This document shows positions 49,550 through 58,239 of a DNA stretch of 64,000 nt, in pieces. The position numbers and the translations under genes were made by a program. Each line of letters opens with the position of its first letter. Position 1 is the stretch's first letter. The notes under the pieces were generated by a model. The model searched no databases, was not told where the DNA came from, and worked only from the letters and a program-made list of their open reading frames with translations. The DNA comes from Burkholderiales bacterium (lineage in GTDB: Bacteria; Pseudomonadota; Gammaproteobacteria; Burkholderiales; SG8-41), in contig DATICE010000162.1 in NCBI GenBank assembly GCA_035456985.1, forward strand, positions 56,075-120,074. Reading direction: 5' to 3'.

Positions 49550-50002
49550 TTACCTCACCACCAGCACTGGAATCCTGCTGTGCGTAAGCACTTTCGCCGT
49601 TTCGCTGCCGAGCAGCAAGGCATCGAGTCCCCTGCGCCCGTGCGAGGCCATCATGATCAGGTCACACTTGCGACTCCCGGCGTTGTTGATGATCTCCTCG
49701 TAGGGGTGGTCCCCCACGACGACCAGGCCGTCGCAATCGACGCCCTCCTTTTTTGCGCGCGTCACCAGTGCGGAAACCATCTTCTGGGCGATCTCCTTGG
49801 CTTCCTCTTCGTGCTCCCTTTCGATCTTGGCGCGCAGCGACTTGGGCGTCGCCCATGGCTGAACGTGCAGGTAAAAGTGGGATATCACGTGGATCGCGGT
49901 CACTTTCGCCCCGATGGATTTGGCAAAGGGAATGCATTCCTTCTCCGCCTTGCGGGACGGCTCGGAGCCGTCAACGGGCAACATGATGTGCTTGTAGTAC
50001 AT
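49550..50002 (-). CDS. Universal stress protein (UspA family)
   Basis: 150-aa ORF reading [51 protein letters not shown]. Confidence 0.85.
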   Translation of the reverse strand: MYYKHIMLPVDGSEPSRKAEKECIPFAKSIGAKVTAIHVISHFYLHVQPWATPKSLRAKIEREHEEEAKEIAQKMVSALVTRAKKEGVDCDGLVVVGDHPYEEIINNAGSRKCDLIMMASHGRRGLDALLLGSETAKVLTHSRIPVLVVR

Positions 50003-50085
50003 GGCGCATCCTTCCCTGATGTGAGGTCGCTCAGCACCAGCGTGCGCGCAGAACCGATCGAGCCGCTTGATCTAGGTCAACTCAC

Positions 50086-50760
50086 CTACAACAGACCGCG
50101 CTCGGCGAACGACATCGCCGCCCCCGCGCCGATGACAAAGTGGTCGAGCACTTTGACGTCGACCAGCGCGAGCGCCTGCTTGAGCGCGCCCGTCAGCGCC
50201 TCGTCGGAGCGGCTGGGCTCGGCGATGCCCGAGGGATGATTGTGCGCAAAAATGAGGGCTGCGGCGTTGTGGTGAAGCGCGCGCTTCACCACCTCGCGCG
50301 GGTAGACGCTGGTCTGGGTGAGCGTGCCGCGGAAGAGTTCCTCCACCGCCAGCACCCGGTTTTGCGCGTCGAGGAACACCCCGACGAAAACCTCGTGCGG
50401 CCGGTCCTGAAGCTTGAGCCGAAGGTAATCGCGCACCGCCTGCGGCGAGCCCAGCGCGGAGCCGCGGTCGAGCTTCTCGCGTAGCGCCCGCCGCGCCATC
50501 TCCAGCACTGCCTGCAGCTGTACGTATTTCGCCGCGCCGAGCCCGGATACCGCGGTGACCGCATCCGCGCCGGCCGCGAACAGCCCGGAGAGCGACCCGA
50601 AGCGCGTCAGCGCCTCGCGCGCGACGTCGACGGCGCTCTTGCCCCTTACCCCGGTGCGCAAAAAGATCGCGACCAGCTCAGCATCGGACAGAGATTCCGC
50701 GCCCCGGTGGAGGAGCTTCTCGCGCGGCCGGTCGTCGAGTGGCCAATCGGTGATTGCCAT
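50086..50760 (-). CDS. radC: RadC-family (UPF0758, JAB/MPN domain) protein
   Basis: 224-aa ORF reading [45 protein letters not shown]. Confidence 0.9.
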   Translation of the reverse strand: MAITDWPLDDRPREKLLHRGAESLSDAELVAIFLRTGVRGKSAVDVAREALTRFGSLSGLFAAGADAVTAVSGLGAAKYVQLQAVLEMARRALREKLDRGSALGSPQAVRDYLRLKLQDRPHEVFVGVFLDAQNRVLAVEELFRGTLTQTSVYPREVVKRALHHNAAALIFAHNHPSGIAEPSRSDEALTGALKQALALVDVKVLDHFVIGAGAAMSFAERGLL

Positions 50761-50918
50761 GGCGGTATAGCTCGCTGTTCATCACATGCTGCTCGTTCCT
50801 GCATAACGCAAGGCGGCCCCCGGCGTTTACTTGCGGGCGCGAATTTTCGCATTCGCGATTTACGATTCACGGCGTTTGCGGTTACACTCCCGAGCGTAAC
50901 CTGAAGTAATAGCTCTAG

Positions 50919-52118
50919 ATGGCTGAAAGTTCTAAGAAATCAGTTGTTCTCGGCATCACCGGCGGTATCGCGGCGTACAAGGCGGCCGAGCTCACGCGCG
51001 AGCTTGCGCGCAACGGTATCGAGGTGCAGGTGGTGATGACCGAGGCCGCCGGCGAGCTGGTCACGCCCGCCACCTTCCAGGCGCTCTCGGGCAAGCCGGT
51101 ATACACCGACCTGTGGGACGCACGCGTCGCCGACAACATGGCCCACATCGAGCTCTCGCGCGGCAAGGACGCGATCGTGGTGGCACCAGCAACCGCCGAC
51201 TTCATCGCCAAGCTCGCGCAGGGCCTGGCGGACGACCTGCTCTCGACGTTGTGCCTGGCGCGCGAATGCCCCCTGATCGTGGCGCCGGCGATGAATCGCC
51301 AGATGTGGGACAACCCGGCGACGCGCCGCAACATCGAGCGCCTGCTGCGCGACGGCGTGGCGATCCTCGGCCCCGCGAGCGGCGACCAGGCGTGCGGCGA
51401 GGTCGGCATGGGGCGCATGCTCGAGGCGCGCGACATCGCCGAGGCGGTAACGGCTTTCCTCTCCCCGAAGATCCTGAGCGGGGCGCGCGTGCTGATCACA
51501 GCCGGCCCGACGTTTGAGACCATCGACGCGGTGCGCGGCATCACCAATCGCAGCTCGGGCAAGATGGGCTACGCGGTCGCGCGCGCAGCGCTCGAGGCCG
51601 GCGCCCGGGTGACGTTGATCTCCGGGCCGACCAGTCTCGCCGCACCCGCCGGCGCCCAGCGCGTGGACGTCGTGTCCGCGCGCGACATGTTCCAGGCGGT
51701 GAAAAAGCGCGTGGCGGAGGCCGACATCTTCGTCAGCGTCGCCGCGGTCTCGGACTATCACGTCGCGAGCCCGCAGCGGCAGAAGATCAAGCGGAGCGCG
51801 CGCAGGCTCCGGCTCGACCTCGTGCCCAACCCGGATATCCTGGCGTGGGTCGCATCGCGGCCGCGGCCGCCGTTCTGCGTCGGCTTCGCGGCGGAAACGG
51901 AGAAGCTGCGACAGCATGCCGAAGCCAAGCGCCGCGCGAAGAAGGTGCCGTTGCTCGCGGCGAACCTCGCGCAGCAGGCGATCGGCGCGGACGACAATGA
52001 ACTGACCCTGTTCGACGACGCGGGCGCGCACAAGCTTCCCCGGGCATCGAAGCCGGTCGTGGCGCGGCAGCTCGTCGCGCATATCGCGAAACTCTACAAA
52101 GCAAGCAGTAAGCGCTGA
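50919..52118 (+). CDS. coaBC: Bifunctional phosphopantothenoylcysteine decarboxylase / phosphopantothenate--cysteine ligase
   Basis: 399-aa ORF reading VVLGITGGIAAYKAAEL..APAMNRQMW..ITAGPTFETIDAVRGITNRSSGKMG. Confidence 0.95.
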   Translation: MAESSKKSVVLGITGGIAAYKAAELTRELARNGIEVQVVMTEAAGELVTPATFQALSGKPVYTDLWDARVADNMAHIELSRGKDAIVVAPATADFIAKLAQGLADDLLSTLCLARECPLIVAPAMNRQMWDNPATRRNIERLLRDGVAILGPASGDQACGEVGMGRMLEARDIAEAVTAFLSPKILSGARVLITAGPTFETIDAVRGITNRSSGKMGYAVARAALEAGARVTLISGPTSLAAPAGAQRVDVVSARDMFQAVKKRVAEADIFVSVAAVSDYHVASPQRQKIKRSARRLRLDLVPNPDILAWVASRPRPPFCVGFAAETEKLRQHAEAKRRAKKVPLLAANLAQQAIGADDNELTLFDDAGAHKLPRASKPVVARQLVAHIAKLYKASSKR

Positions 52119-52128
52119 GCAGTGAGCG
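52101..52128. repeat. Four tandem heptamers GCAAGCA GTAAGCG CTGAGCA GTGAGCG spanning the coaBC stop codon
   Basis: Read directly. TAA (52109), TGA (52116, the coaBC stop) and TGA (52123) fall in three different frames. Confidence 0.85.
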
Positions 52129-52145
52129 GAACAAGACCGTCACCC

Positions 52146-52628
52146 ATGAACCGGTCACCGCAGGCTGCGCGCGCGCCCGTGAAAACGATCGACGTCAGGA
52201 TTCTTGATGAGCGGCTGCGCGGCCAACTGCCGGGATACGCGACGCCAGGCTCGGCGGGGCTCGACCTGCGCGCCTGCATCAGCACGCCGCTCGCGCTGGC
52301 GCCCGGCCAGACCGAGCTGATCCCGTCCGGCATTGCCATTCACCTCGCCGATCCCGGCCTGGCGGCGGTAATCCTGCCCCGCTCGGGCCTCGGTCACAAG
52401 CACGGCATCGTGCTCGGAAATCTGGTCGGCCTGATTGACTCCGATTATCAGGGCCAGATCTTCGTGTCCACCTGGAACCGCGGGGGCGCCCCGTTCACGA
52501 TCAATCCCATGGAGCGCCTGGCCCAGCTGGTGGTGGTGCCGGTGGTCCAGGTCGGCTTCAACGTGGTGGAGGACTTCGACACGAGCCGCCGCGGCGCGGG
52601 CGGCTTCGGGAGCACGGGCAAACGATGA
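52146..52628 (+). CDS. dut: dUTP diphosphatase
   Basis: Motifs [60 protein letters not shown]. The start is uncertain. ATG 52146 is given; GTG 52179 (VKTIDVRIL) best matches the canonical N-terminus; the track start at 52122 lies inside the heptamer repeat. Confidence 0.9.
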   Translation: MNRSPQAARAPVKTIDVRILDERLRGQLPGYATPGSAGLDLRACISTPLALAPGQTELIPSGIAIHLADPGLAAVILPRSGLGHKHGIVLGNLVGLIDSDYQGQIFVSTWNRGGAPFTINPMERLAQLVVVPVVQVGFNVVEDFDTSRRGAGGFGSTGKR

Positions 52629-53020
52629 CGAAATCGGCGCTCGTCCTTTTCGCGCATGGCGCGCGCGACGCGCAATGGAGCGAGCCATTCCGGGCAATCC
52701 GGCAGGCGGTTGCGACGCGCCGCCCCGATCTCACCGTAGATCTCGCGTTCCTCGAGCTGATGCAGCCGGCGCTGGGCGACTGCGTGGCGCGCCTGGTCAA
52801 GGATGGCCACACCCGGATCACCGTCGCTCCGCTGTTCCTGGCGCAGGGCGGACATCTGAAGAAGGACCTGCCGCGACTGTTGAAAGACCTGAGCACGCGG
52901 CACGCGGCGGCGGAGATCACAGTGCTGCCGCCGATCGGCGAGGTGACCGAACTGCTGAACGCCATCTCGGAGTGGCTGGTAAGCAGCGCGCCGCGCCAGA
53001 CAGCAAGTGGTGAGCAGTGA
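52625..53020 (+). CDS. CbiX/SirB N-terminal-domain (class II chelatase-like) protein
   Basis: 131-aa ORF reading [37 protein letters not shown]. Confidence 0.7.
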   Translation: MTKSALVLFAHGARDAQWSEPFRAIRQAVATRRPDLTVDLAFLELMQPALGDCVARLVKDGHTRITVAPLFLAQGGHLKKDLPRLLKDLSTRHAAAEITVLPPIGEVTELLNAISEWLVSSAPRQTASGEQ

Positions 53021-53023
53021 GCA
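53003..53023. repeat. Three heptamers GCAAGTG GTGAGCA GTGAGCA spanning the CbiX-like gene stop codon
   Basis: Read directly. It lies 7 nt upstream of the ATG of the next gene. Confidence 0.8.
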
Positions 53024-53030
53024 GAAAACT

Positions 53031-53489
53031 ATGAGGCGCGGGTTCGTGGCCCGCGCCCCGCAGGTCCTGGCGGGGCTGGCGCTCGCGCTGAGCGCGTGCG
53101 CCGCCAGTTCCGGGATGCCGGAAATCCCGCTCGTCGTGAACGGCCACCGGCTGACGGCCGAGGTCGCGGCCACCGACGGGACCCGCTCGCAAGGCCTCAT
53201 GCACCGCAGAATCCTGCCGGAGAACCGCGGCATGCTGTTCGTTTTCCGCGAAACTGCGCGGCACGCGATGTGGATGATGAACACCTACATTCCGCTGTCG
53301 GTGGCGTTCCTCGACGAGCGCGGCGTGATCATCAACATCGAGGATATGAAGCCGCACACACAGGACACGCACCCAGCGGCGAAACCTGCGCGCTATGCGC
53401 TGGAAATGAACCAGGGCTGGTTCGCGAAGCGCGGCATCAAGCCGGGCGCCAGGATCGAGGGGCTGGAGCGCGCGCCGCCGGCACGATAA
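53031..53489 (+). CDS. DUF192-domain protein, probable lipoprotein
   Basis: From ATG 53031 it has a lipobox-like signal (LAGLALALSACAASSG). It then reads SQGLMHRRILPENRGMLFVF..MWMMNTYIPLSVAFLD..YALEMNQGWF. Confidence 0.75.
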   Translation: MRRGFVARAPQVLAGLALALSACAASSGMPEIPLVVNGHRLTAEVAATDGTRSQGLMHRRILPENRGMLFVFRETARHAMWMMNTYIPLSVAFLDERGVIINIEDMKPHTQDTHPAAKPARYALEMNQGWFAKRGIKPGARIEGLERAPPAR

Positions 53490-53512
53490 AGCGTGGCGAG
53501 TGATAAGACGTC

Positions 53513-53547
53513 AAAAAGAAACGCCCGGGCAAACCCGGGCGTTTTTG
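53513..53547. terminator. Bidirectional rho-independent terminator
   Basis: AAAAAGAA-ACGCCCGGG-CAAA-CCCGGGCGT-TTTTG, located between convergent genes. Confidence 0.85.
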
Positions 53548-53563
53548 CGTAAGCCGGACCCGA

Positions 53564-54061
53564 TCAGCCGAAGAATATGCCCTGGTGGCCTGCGGCCGCC
53601 ATGAAGAACAGCATCGGGATCGAAAGCAGGGTATTGCTGCGAGAGGCAAGGAACGCGACGCGGCGCGCTTTTGCCTTCTCCTCATCGGTCGCCTGCACCA
53701 TGCCGAGAATCTTCTGCTGGTTGGGCCAGATCAGCACCCACACGTTGAAGAGCATGATGGTACCGAGCCACGCGCCGATGCCGATTGCATAGAAGGCGTG
53801 GTTGAGGAACAGGAACGCATTGAAGAAATTCTTGCCGAGAAGCAGCGCCCCCGCAAGCCAGGTCACCACCGCCGCCCAGCGGAACCAGAAAAGCGCGCGC
53901 GGCGCAACGTGCTTGGTGATGCCCGCTCCCGTATTGTCTTTGCCGGCGGCCGCCATCGCCGGAACCTGCACGAAATTGAAGTAGTAGAGCAGGCCAATCC
54001 ACATCACGCCCGCCGCAATGTGGAGCCAGCGCCCGAGGCCGAGCTGTATGAAGTCCATCAT
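53564..54061 (-). CDS. Integral membrane protein (about 4 TM; resembles the membrane domain of urate hydroxylase PuuD-like proteins from memory)
   Basis: 165-aa hydrophobic ORF reading WLHIAAGVMWIGLLYYFNFVQVP..ALFWFRWAAVVTWLAG. The family call is tentative. Confidence 0.5.
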   Translation of the reverse strand: MMDFIQLGLGRWLHIAAGVMWIGLLYYFNFVQVPAMAAAGKDNTGAGITKHVAPRALFWFRWAAVVTWLAGALLLGKNFFNAFLFLNHAFYAIGIGAWLGTIMLFNVWVLIWPNQQKILGMVQATDEEKAKARRVAFLASRSNTLLSIPMLFFMAAAGHQGIFFG

Positions 54062-54070
54062 GGCCGCCCC

Positions 54071-54166
54071 CTATTGCAACGCGTACTTCACGACGTTGTA
54101 CAGAATGAGCGTGAGGACCACGCCCCAGAACACTGTCCACCCGAGCGAGTCTAGAAAATATTTCAT
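54071..54166 (-). CDS. Candidate 31-aa single-TM small protein
   Basis: My translation is MKYFLDSLGWTVFWGVVLTLILYNVVKYALQ. AGGAGGAGGG lies 7 nt upstream of the ATG. The stop is 9 nt before the start of the next membrane-protein gene. It is too short for the ORF track. Confidence 0.4.
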   Translation of the reverse strand: MKYFLDSLGWTVFWGVVLTLILYNVVKYALQ

Positions 54167-54484
54167 TGCTGGTCCCTCCTCCTGGAAGTGCGTTGCGCGA
54201 AATTGCGAGCGCGCTGGCGGAACATTCTAGTACAGTTGGGTGCGGGCGGCAATTCCACCGGGAATTCAGGCGGCTGTAGTCGAAGCATGCTGCCGGTAAG
54301 CGCTGCTGCTTCTGTCCGGCGTCAGCGCCGGGCAGATTCAGGGCCGGACCGTCACCCTCGTTCTGTTGCGTTGGCGCGACAATGTTGTGTCCGGAAACCG
54401 GTAAATTGTGTAAGCTAACCACAGCAGCAATCCGGAGTGTAGCCGTGCTCCGGCCTGCACTGGAATAGCGAGTTCGGATCGCCC

Positions 54485-55261
54485 ATGCGTCATCGATTCG
54501 GAATCACGCTCACAGCGCTCGCGCTGACGGTCGCGGCCGCGCTGCAACCCATTACCTGTGCTGCCCAGGCGCTGCTTTCGTACGAGCGCGGTGGACTGGG
54601 GCTCAGACAGCCGACCGGGCCGGGGGCGAATACCGAGTCCGGCAGCGAGGCGAGACAGCCTTGGCTGGTCCGGCAACCGTCCGATATCACTCTCTTCGGC
54701 GGCGCGCGTGAGCTGACACGCGGCGGCCTGGGCGCGGCGGAGACATATGGCGGCGTGGTGTACACCTTTTCGCGCAGTTGGGGCTCGTCGCTCGAGGCGG
54801 CTTATGCCCCGGAATCCCCGCTGGTTCCGCGCCATTACGCCCTGACGGGAGAGGTGCGCACCGCGCTGAGCGACCGCAAGGCGCTCAGCGTGGGAATCAA
54901 GTACCGGATCTACGACGCGGATTTCGGCGTGCCGGGTGACCCGGCGCCGGTGAACGGCTTGGGGCTTGAGCCTTCCCGCGGGCTGGGGGCAAGCTATGCC
55001 GCCGGTTATCAGTTGCAGCTCGGCTACCAGCATAGCGCATTCACTTTGTTCGGGCTCGCGCTGGGGCGGGAGATGGAGAGCTACGCAGCGGCATTCGACC
55101 CCGCAACGCCCTACCCACGTCAGCTCTCCTTTACCGGGCAGCACTGGCTTACGCCGAGCTGGGCAGTGAGCTACGACGTGCTGTCGGGGGACCTCGGTAT
55201 TCCGAACCCGACGCGGCTCCAGGGCATGGGACTGCGTCTCGGCGTGCGCTACCGGTTCTGA
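54485..55261 (+). CDS. Putative outer-membrane beta-barrel protein
   Basis: 258-aa ORF with a signal peptide (LTALALTVAAALQPITCAAQA), alternating amphipathic strands and a C-terminal ..LGVRYRF (terminal Phe). Its length and ending resemble YaiO-like barrels, which is tentative. Confidence 0.5.
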   Translation: MRHRFGITLTALALTVAAALQPITCAAQALLSYERGGLGLRQPTGPGANTESGSEARQPWLVRQPSDITLFGGARELTRGGLGAAETYGGVVYTFSRSWGSSLEAAYAPESPLVPRHYALTGEVRTALSDRKALSVGIKYRIYDADFGVPGDPAPVNGLGLEPSRGLGASYAAGYQLQLGYQHSAFTLFGLALGREMESYAAAFDPATPYPRQLSFTGQHWLTPSWAVSYDVLSGDLGIPNPTRLQGMGLRLGVRYRF

Positions 55262-55297
55262 GCGCACGGATTTCCACAATCCACGGTAAGGGAGAGC

Positions 55298-56281
55298 TTG
55301 ACCATGATTGCTTGCGCGCAGCGTAATCTGCTGGCAGCCGTTCTGGCTGCGCTATCGGTCTTCCTGATACCCATCGGTGCCCGCAGTCAGGACTATCCGG
55401 TCAAGGTCGTGCGCGTGATCGTGCCGTTCGCGCCGGGTGGCGGCAGCGACATCACCGCGCGCCAGGTCGCGCAGAAATTCAGCGAGCAGTTCCGGCAGCA
55501 GTTCGTGGTGGACAACCGCGGCGGGGCGAGCGGGCTGATCGGAATGGAGCTGACGGCCAAGGCTCCGCCCGACGGATACACAATCATGGTGATGTCCGGC
55601 AGCTTCTCGGCGACGCCGGCGACGCACAAGCCGGCGTTCGACCCGATCAGCAACATCCTTCCGGTCGCCGAAGTGGGCTTTACCCCGTTCGTGCTGTCGG
55701 TGCACCCGACGCTCCCCGTCAAGAGCGCCAGGGAGCTGATCGCGCTGGCGAGGGCGCGACCGGGGCAGCTCAACTATGTCACTCCGGGCGTGGGCAGCCT
55801 CACGCACCTGGCGACGGAGCTCCTGATCAACATGACCAAGATCGACATGGTCGGCGTCGCCTACAAAAGCACCGGCGCGGCGCTTCCCGACCTGTTATCG
55901 GGGCAGATACAGCTGATCGTGGGCAGCCTGCTCCCTACCCTCCCGCATATCCAGTCCGGCAAGCTCCGCCCCTTGGCGGTGACCACCGCAAAGCGCTGGT
56001 ACTCCCTGCCCAGCGTTCCGCCCCTCAATGAAACGCTGCCCGGCTACGAGGTCGAACTCTGGTTCGGAGTCATGGTGCCGCGGGGCACACCGCCCGCCGT
56101 CATCGACCGCCTCAATGCCGCGGTGAACCGGTTTCTGCAGGAGCCCGACATGAAGAAGAACCTCGAGGCGCAGGGCATGGCCCCCTCGGGCGGCACGACG
56201 CAGCGGTTCGGCGAGCGCATCCGCAAGGACTACGAGCGCTGGGTGAAGGTGGTGCGAGAGCAGAACATCAAGCCGGAGTAG
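55298..56281 (+). CDS. Bug-family TTT periplasmic substrate-binding protein
   Basis: 327-aa ORF with a signal peptide followed by SQDYPVKVVRVIVPFAPGGGSD. Confidence 0.85.
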   Translation: MTMIACAQRNLLAAVLAALSVFLIPIGARSQDYPVKVVRVIVPFAPGGGSDITARQVAQKFSEQFRQQFVVDNRGGASGLIGMELTAKAPPDGYTIMVMSGSFSATPATHKPAFDPISNILPVAEVGFTPFVLSVHPTLPVKSARELIALARARPGQLNYVTPGVGSLTHLATELLINMTKIDMVGVAYKSTGAALPDLLSGQIQLIVGSLLPTLPHIQSGKLRPLAVTTAKRWYSLPSVPPLNETLPGYEVELWFGVMVPRGTPPAVIDRLNAAVNRFLQEPDMKKNLEAQGMAPSGGTTQRFGERIRKDYERWVKVVREQNIKPE

Positions 56282-56312
56282 CTTCCCGACGAGCGAAAGA
56301 CCGAAACAACGA

Positions 56313-56969
56313 ATGTCTCTACCGGCACGCGCCATGATGTGGAAGGCATTCGCCCTGAGCGCGCTCGTCCTCGCGCTGACTGGCTGTTTCGGCACCCAGG
56401 TCTACCCCAACCTGCAGGAGCACCGCATTGCGCTGCAGCCGGGCGAACTCGAGGCGTCCGGCATCGCATTCATCACGCCTTCAACCATCACCGGGCAGGA
56501 ACAGGAAAAGCAAGCCGTCGCGCTCACTTTCGCCGATGTGATCAAGCGCGAACGTCCGGGCCTGCGGGTCGTGACGCTCGCCGAGACGCTGGGCGCCGTC
56601 AACAAGGCGGGAATGGCCGACGACTACAAGCGGATGTACGAGGAGTACCGCGACACCGGCCTGCTCACCCGGGACGTGCTGCAGCGAATTGGTGCGGCAA
56701 CCGGAATGCGTTACCTCGTTCAACTCAAGCTGCAGGGCTTCGGGCAGGGGTCAAAGGAGCGTTTCGGAATTCTCGGCCTGCGCATCGTAGAGACCCAGTA
56801 CGCGTATGTCCGTCTGTTTTTCCAGATCTGGGACAGCAGCGATGGCACGATTGCTTGGGAAAGTACGCAAGAGATGCATATTTCAACGGATACGGTGAAG
56901 GATAAGCCGGTGATGCAGCGCATCGTGCTCGAGCGCACTGCCCACGACCTCATTGCGAAACTGCCGTAA
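56313..56969 (+). CDS. Lipoprotein of unknown function
   Basis: 218-aa ORF with a lipobox (ALVLALTGCFG). I recognise no family. The start may instead be the MMW at 56334. Confidence 0.6.
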   Translation: MSLPARAMMWKAFALSALVLALTGCFGTQVYPNLQEHRIALQPGELEASGIAFITPSTITGQEQEKQAVALTFADVIKRERPGLRVVTLAETLGAVNKAGMADDYKRMYEEYRDTGLLTRDVLQRIGAATGMRYLVQLKLQGFGQGSKERFGILGLRIVETQYAYVRLFFQIWDSSDGTIAWESTQEMHISTDTVKDKPVMQRIVLERTAHDLIAKLP

Positions 56970-57001
56970 AGCCGGACGGCTCGCGCCGCCGGTTTACGTG
57001 C

Positions 57002-57051
57002 GCGCGTTGGAGCGAACGCCGATCCGTCGCTCAACGCGCGCAATTATTTCT
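57002..57051 (+). terminator. Candidate terminator hairpin after the lipoprotein gene
   Basis: GCGCGTTGGAGCGA-N11-TCGCTCAACGCGC (one bulge) followed by CAATTATTTCT. Confidence 0.45.
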
Positions 57052-57059
57052 GGTCCCCT

Positions 57060-57839
57060 CTACTGCTGCCTTCCTGACTTGTCAGTGAGGGGCACGAAGC
57101 GCACCGCAAGAATGTTGCGGCGCGTGACCCGCCCGTCGGGCTGCTTCTCGATCAACAGCAGCGACTGTCCCGCCGCCTGGCCGCCGACGGGTACCACCAG
57201 CCGCCCGCCGGGCTTCAACTGATCGATCAGCGGCTGCGGCACCTCGCGCGGCGCGGCCGTCACCATGATGGCGTCGAACGGCGCATGCTCGGGCCAACCC
57301 CGGTAGCCGTCGCCGGTCCGCGTCACGATGTTGCCGTAGCCGAGCCGCTTCAGCCGTTCCGCGGCCTCGCGCGCGAGCGGCTCGACGATCTCGATGGTAT
57401 AGACCGTGCCGGCCAGCTCGGCGAGCACCGCCGCCTGGTAGCCCGATCCGGTTCCCACCTCGAGCACCCGGTCGCCGGGCAGGACTTCCATGAGATCGGT
57501 CATCAGCGCGACGATGAAGGGCTGCGAGATGGTCTGGCCCATGCCGATCGGCAGGGGGCGGTTGGCGTAGGCGTTGCGCCGGTCGGCCGTAGAAACGAAC
57601 TCGTGGCGCGGCACCTTCGCAATCGCCTGCATGACGCGCTCCGAGAGGCTCGCGCGGCCCGTCTCGAGGCGCGTCTCGCGGGTGAGCGCCGCGATCTCCT
57701 CCACCATGCGCTTGCGCTGCGGCTCGTAGACGTCCTGACTCTGCTGCGCCTGCGCTGCGCCGGCCGCGGCGGCGGGCGCCGCGGCACCGAGCAGCGCGAG
57801 CACGCAGTTACGCAGCGCACGCATGAAAGAAAGGGGCAT
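57060..57839 (-). CDS. pcm: Protein-L-isoaspartate O-methyltransferase with an N-terminal signal-peptide-like extension
   Basis: 259-aa ORF reading VPRHEFV..ISQPFIVALMTDLM..VLEVGTGSGYQAAVLAEL, preceded by MPLSFMRALRNCVLALLGAAAPAAAAGAAQAQ. Confidence 0.85.
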   Translation of the reverse strand: MPLSFMRALRNCVLALLGAAAPAAAAGAAQAQQSQDVYEPQRKRMVEEIAALTRETRLETGRASLSERVMQAIAKVPRHEFVSTADRRNAYANRPLPIGMGQTISQPFIVALMTDLMEVLPGDRVLEVGTGSGYQAAVLAELAGTVYTIEIVEPLAREAAERLKRLGYGNIVTRTGDGYRGWPEHAPFDAIMVTAAPREVPQPLIDQLKPGGRLVVPVGGQAAGQSLLLIEKQPDGRVTRRNILAVRFVPLTDKSGRQQ

Positions 57840-57897
57840 ACCGGCTGTCCAGTATGCCCCGCAGCTCCCCGCCTCCGCAACGAGGCGCGGAAAGAGA

Positions 57898-58239
57898 TCA
57901 GCCCTTCAGGCAGGCGCTCATGAACTTCTTGCGCGCGTCGCCCTCGAGTTTCTTGGCGCCGGCCTGCTTGTTGCAGTCCGCCATCCGCTGCTGCTGCTGC
58001 TTCTGTGCTTCGGTCGGGCCCCTGGCCGTCTCGCCGCCGCTCAGGCAGGCGCTCATGAACTTCTTGCGCGCTTCACCTTCGAGCTTCTTGGAGCCGGCCT
58101 CCTTGTTGCAGTTCGCCATCCGCTGCTGCTGCTTCTTCTGCGCTGCAGTTGGCTCCTTCTTTGCCTTTTCCTGCGCCAGCGCAAGCGGCGCTGCCGCGAG
58201 CATCAGGCCGCACAGCGCTGCCATCATCAGCTTGCTCAT
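57898..58239 (-). CDS. psiF: PsiF-repeat protein (two tandem PsiF repeats), secreted
   Basis: 113-aa ORF with a signal peptide followed by two copies of AQK(K/Q)QQQRMA(N/D)CNK(E/Q)AG(S/A)KKLEG(E/D)ARKKFMSACL. Confidence 0.8.
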   Translation of the reverse strand: MSKLMMAALCGLMLAAAPLALAQEKAKKEPTAAQKKQQQRMANCNKEAGSKKLEGEARKKFMSACLSGGETARGPTEAQKQQQQRMADCNKQAGAKKLEGDARKKFMSACLKG

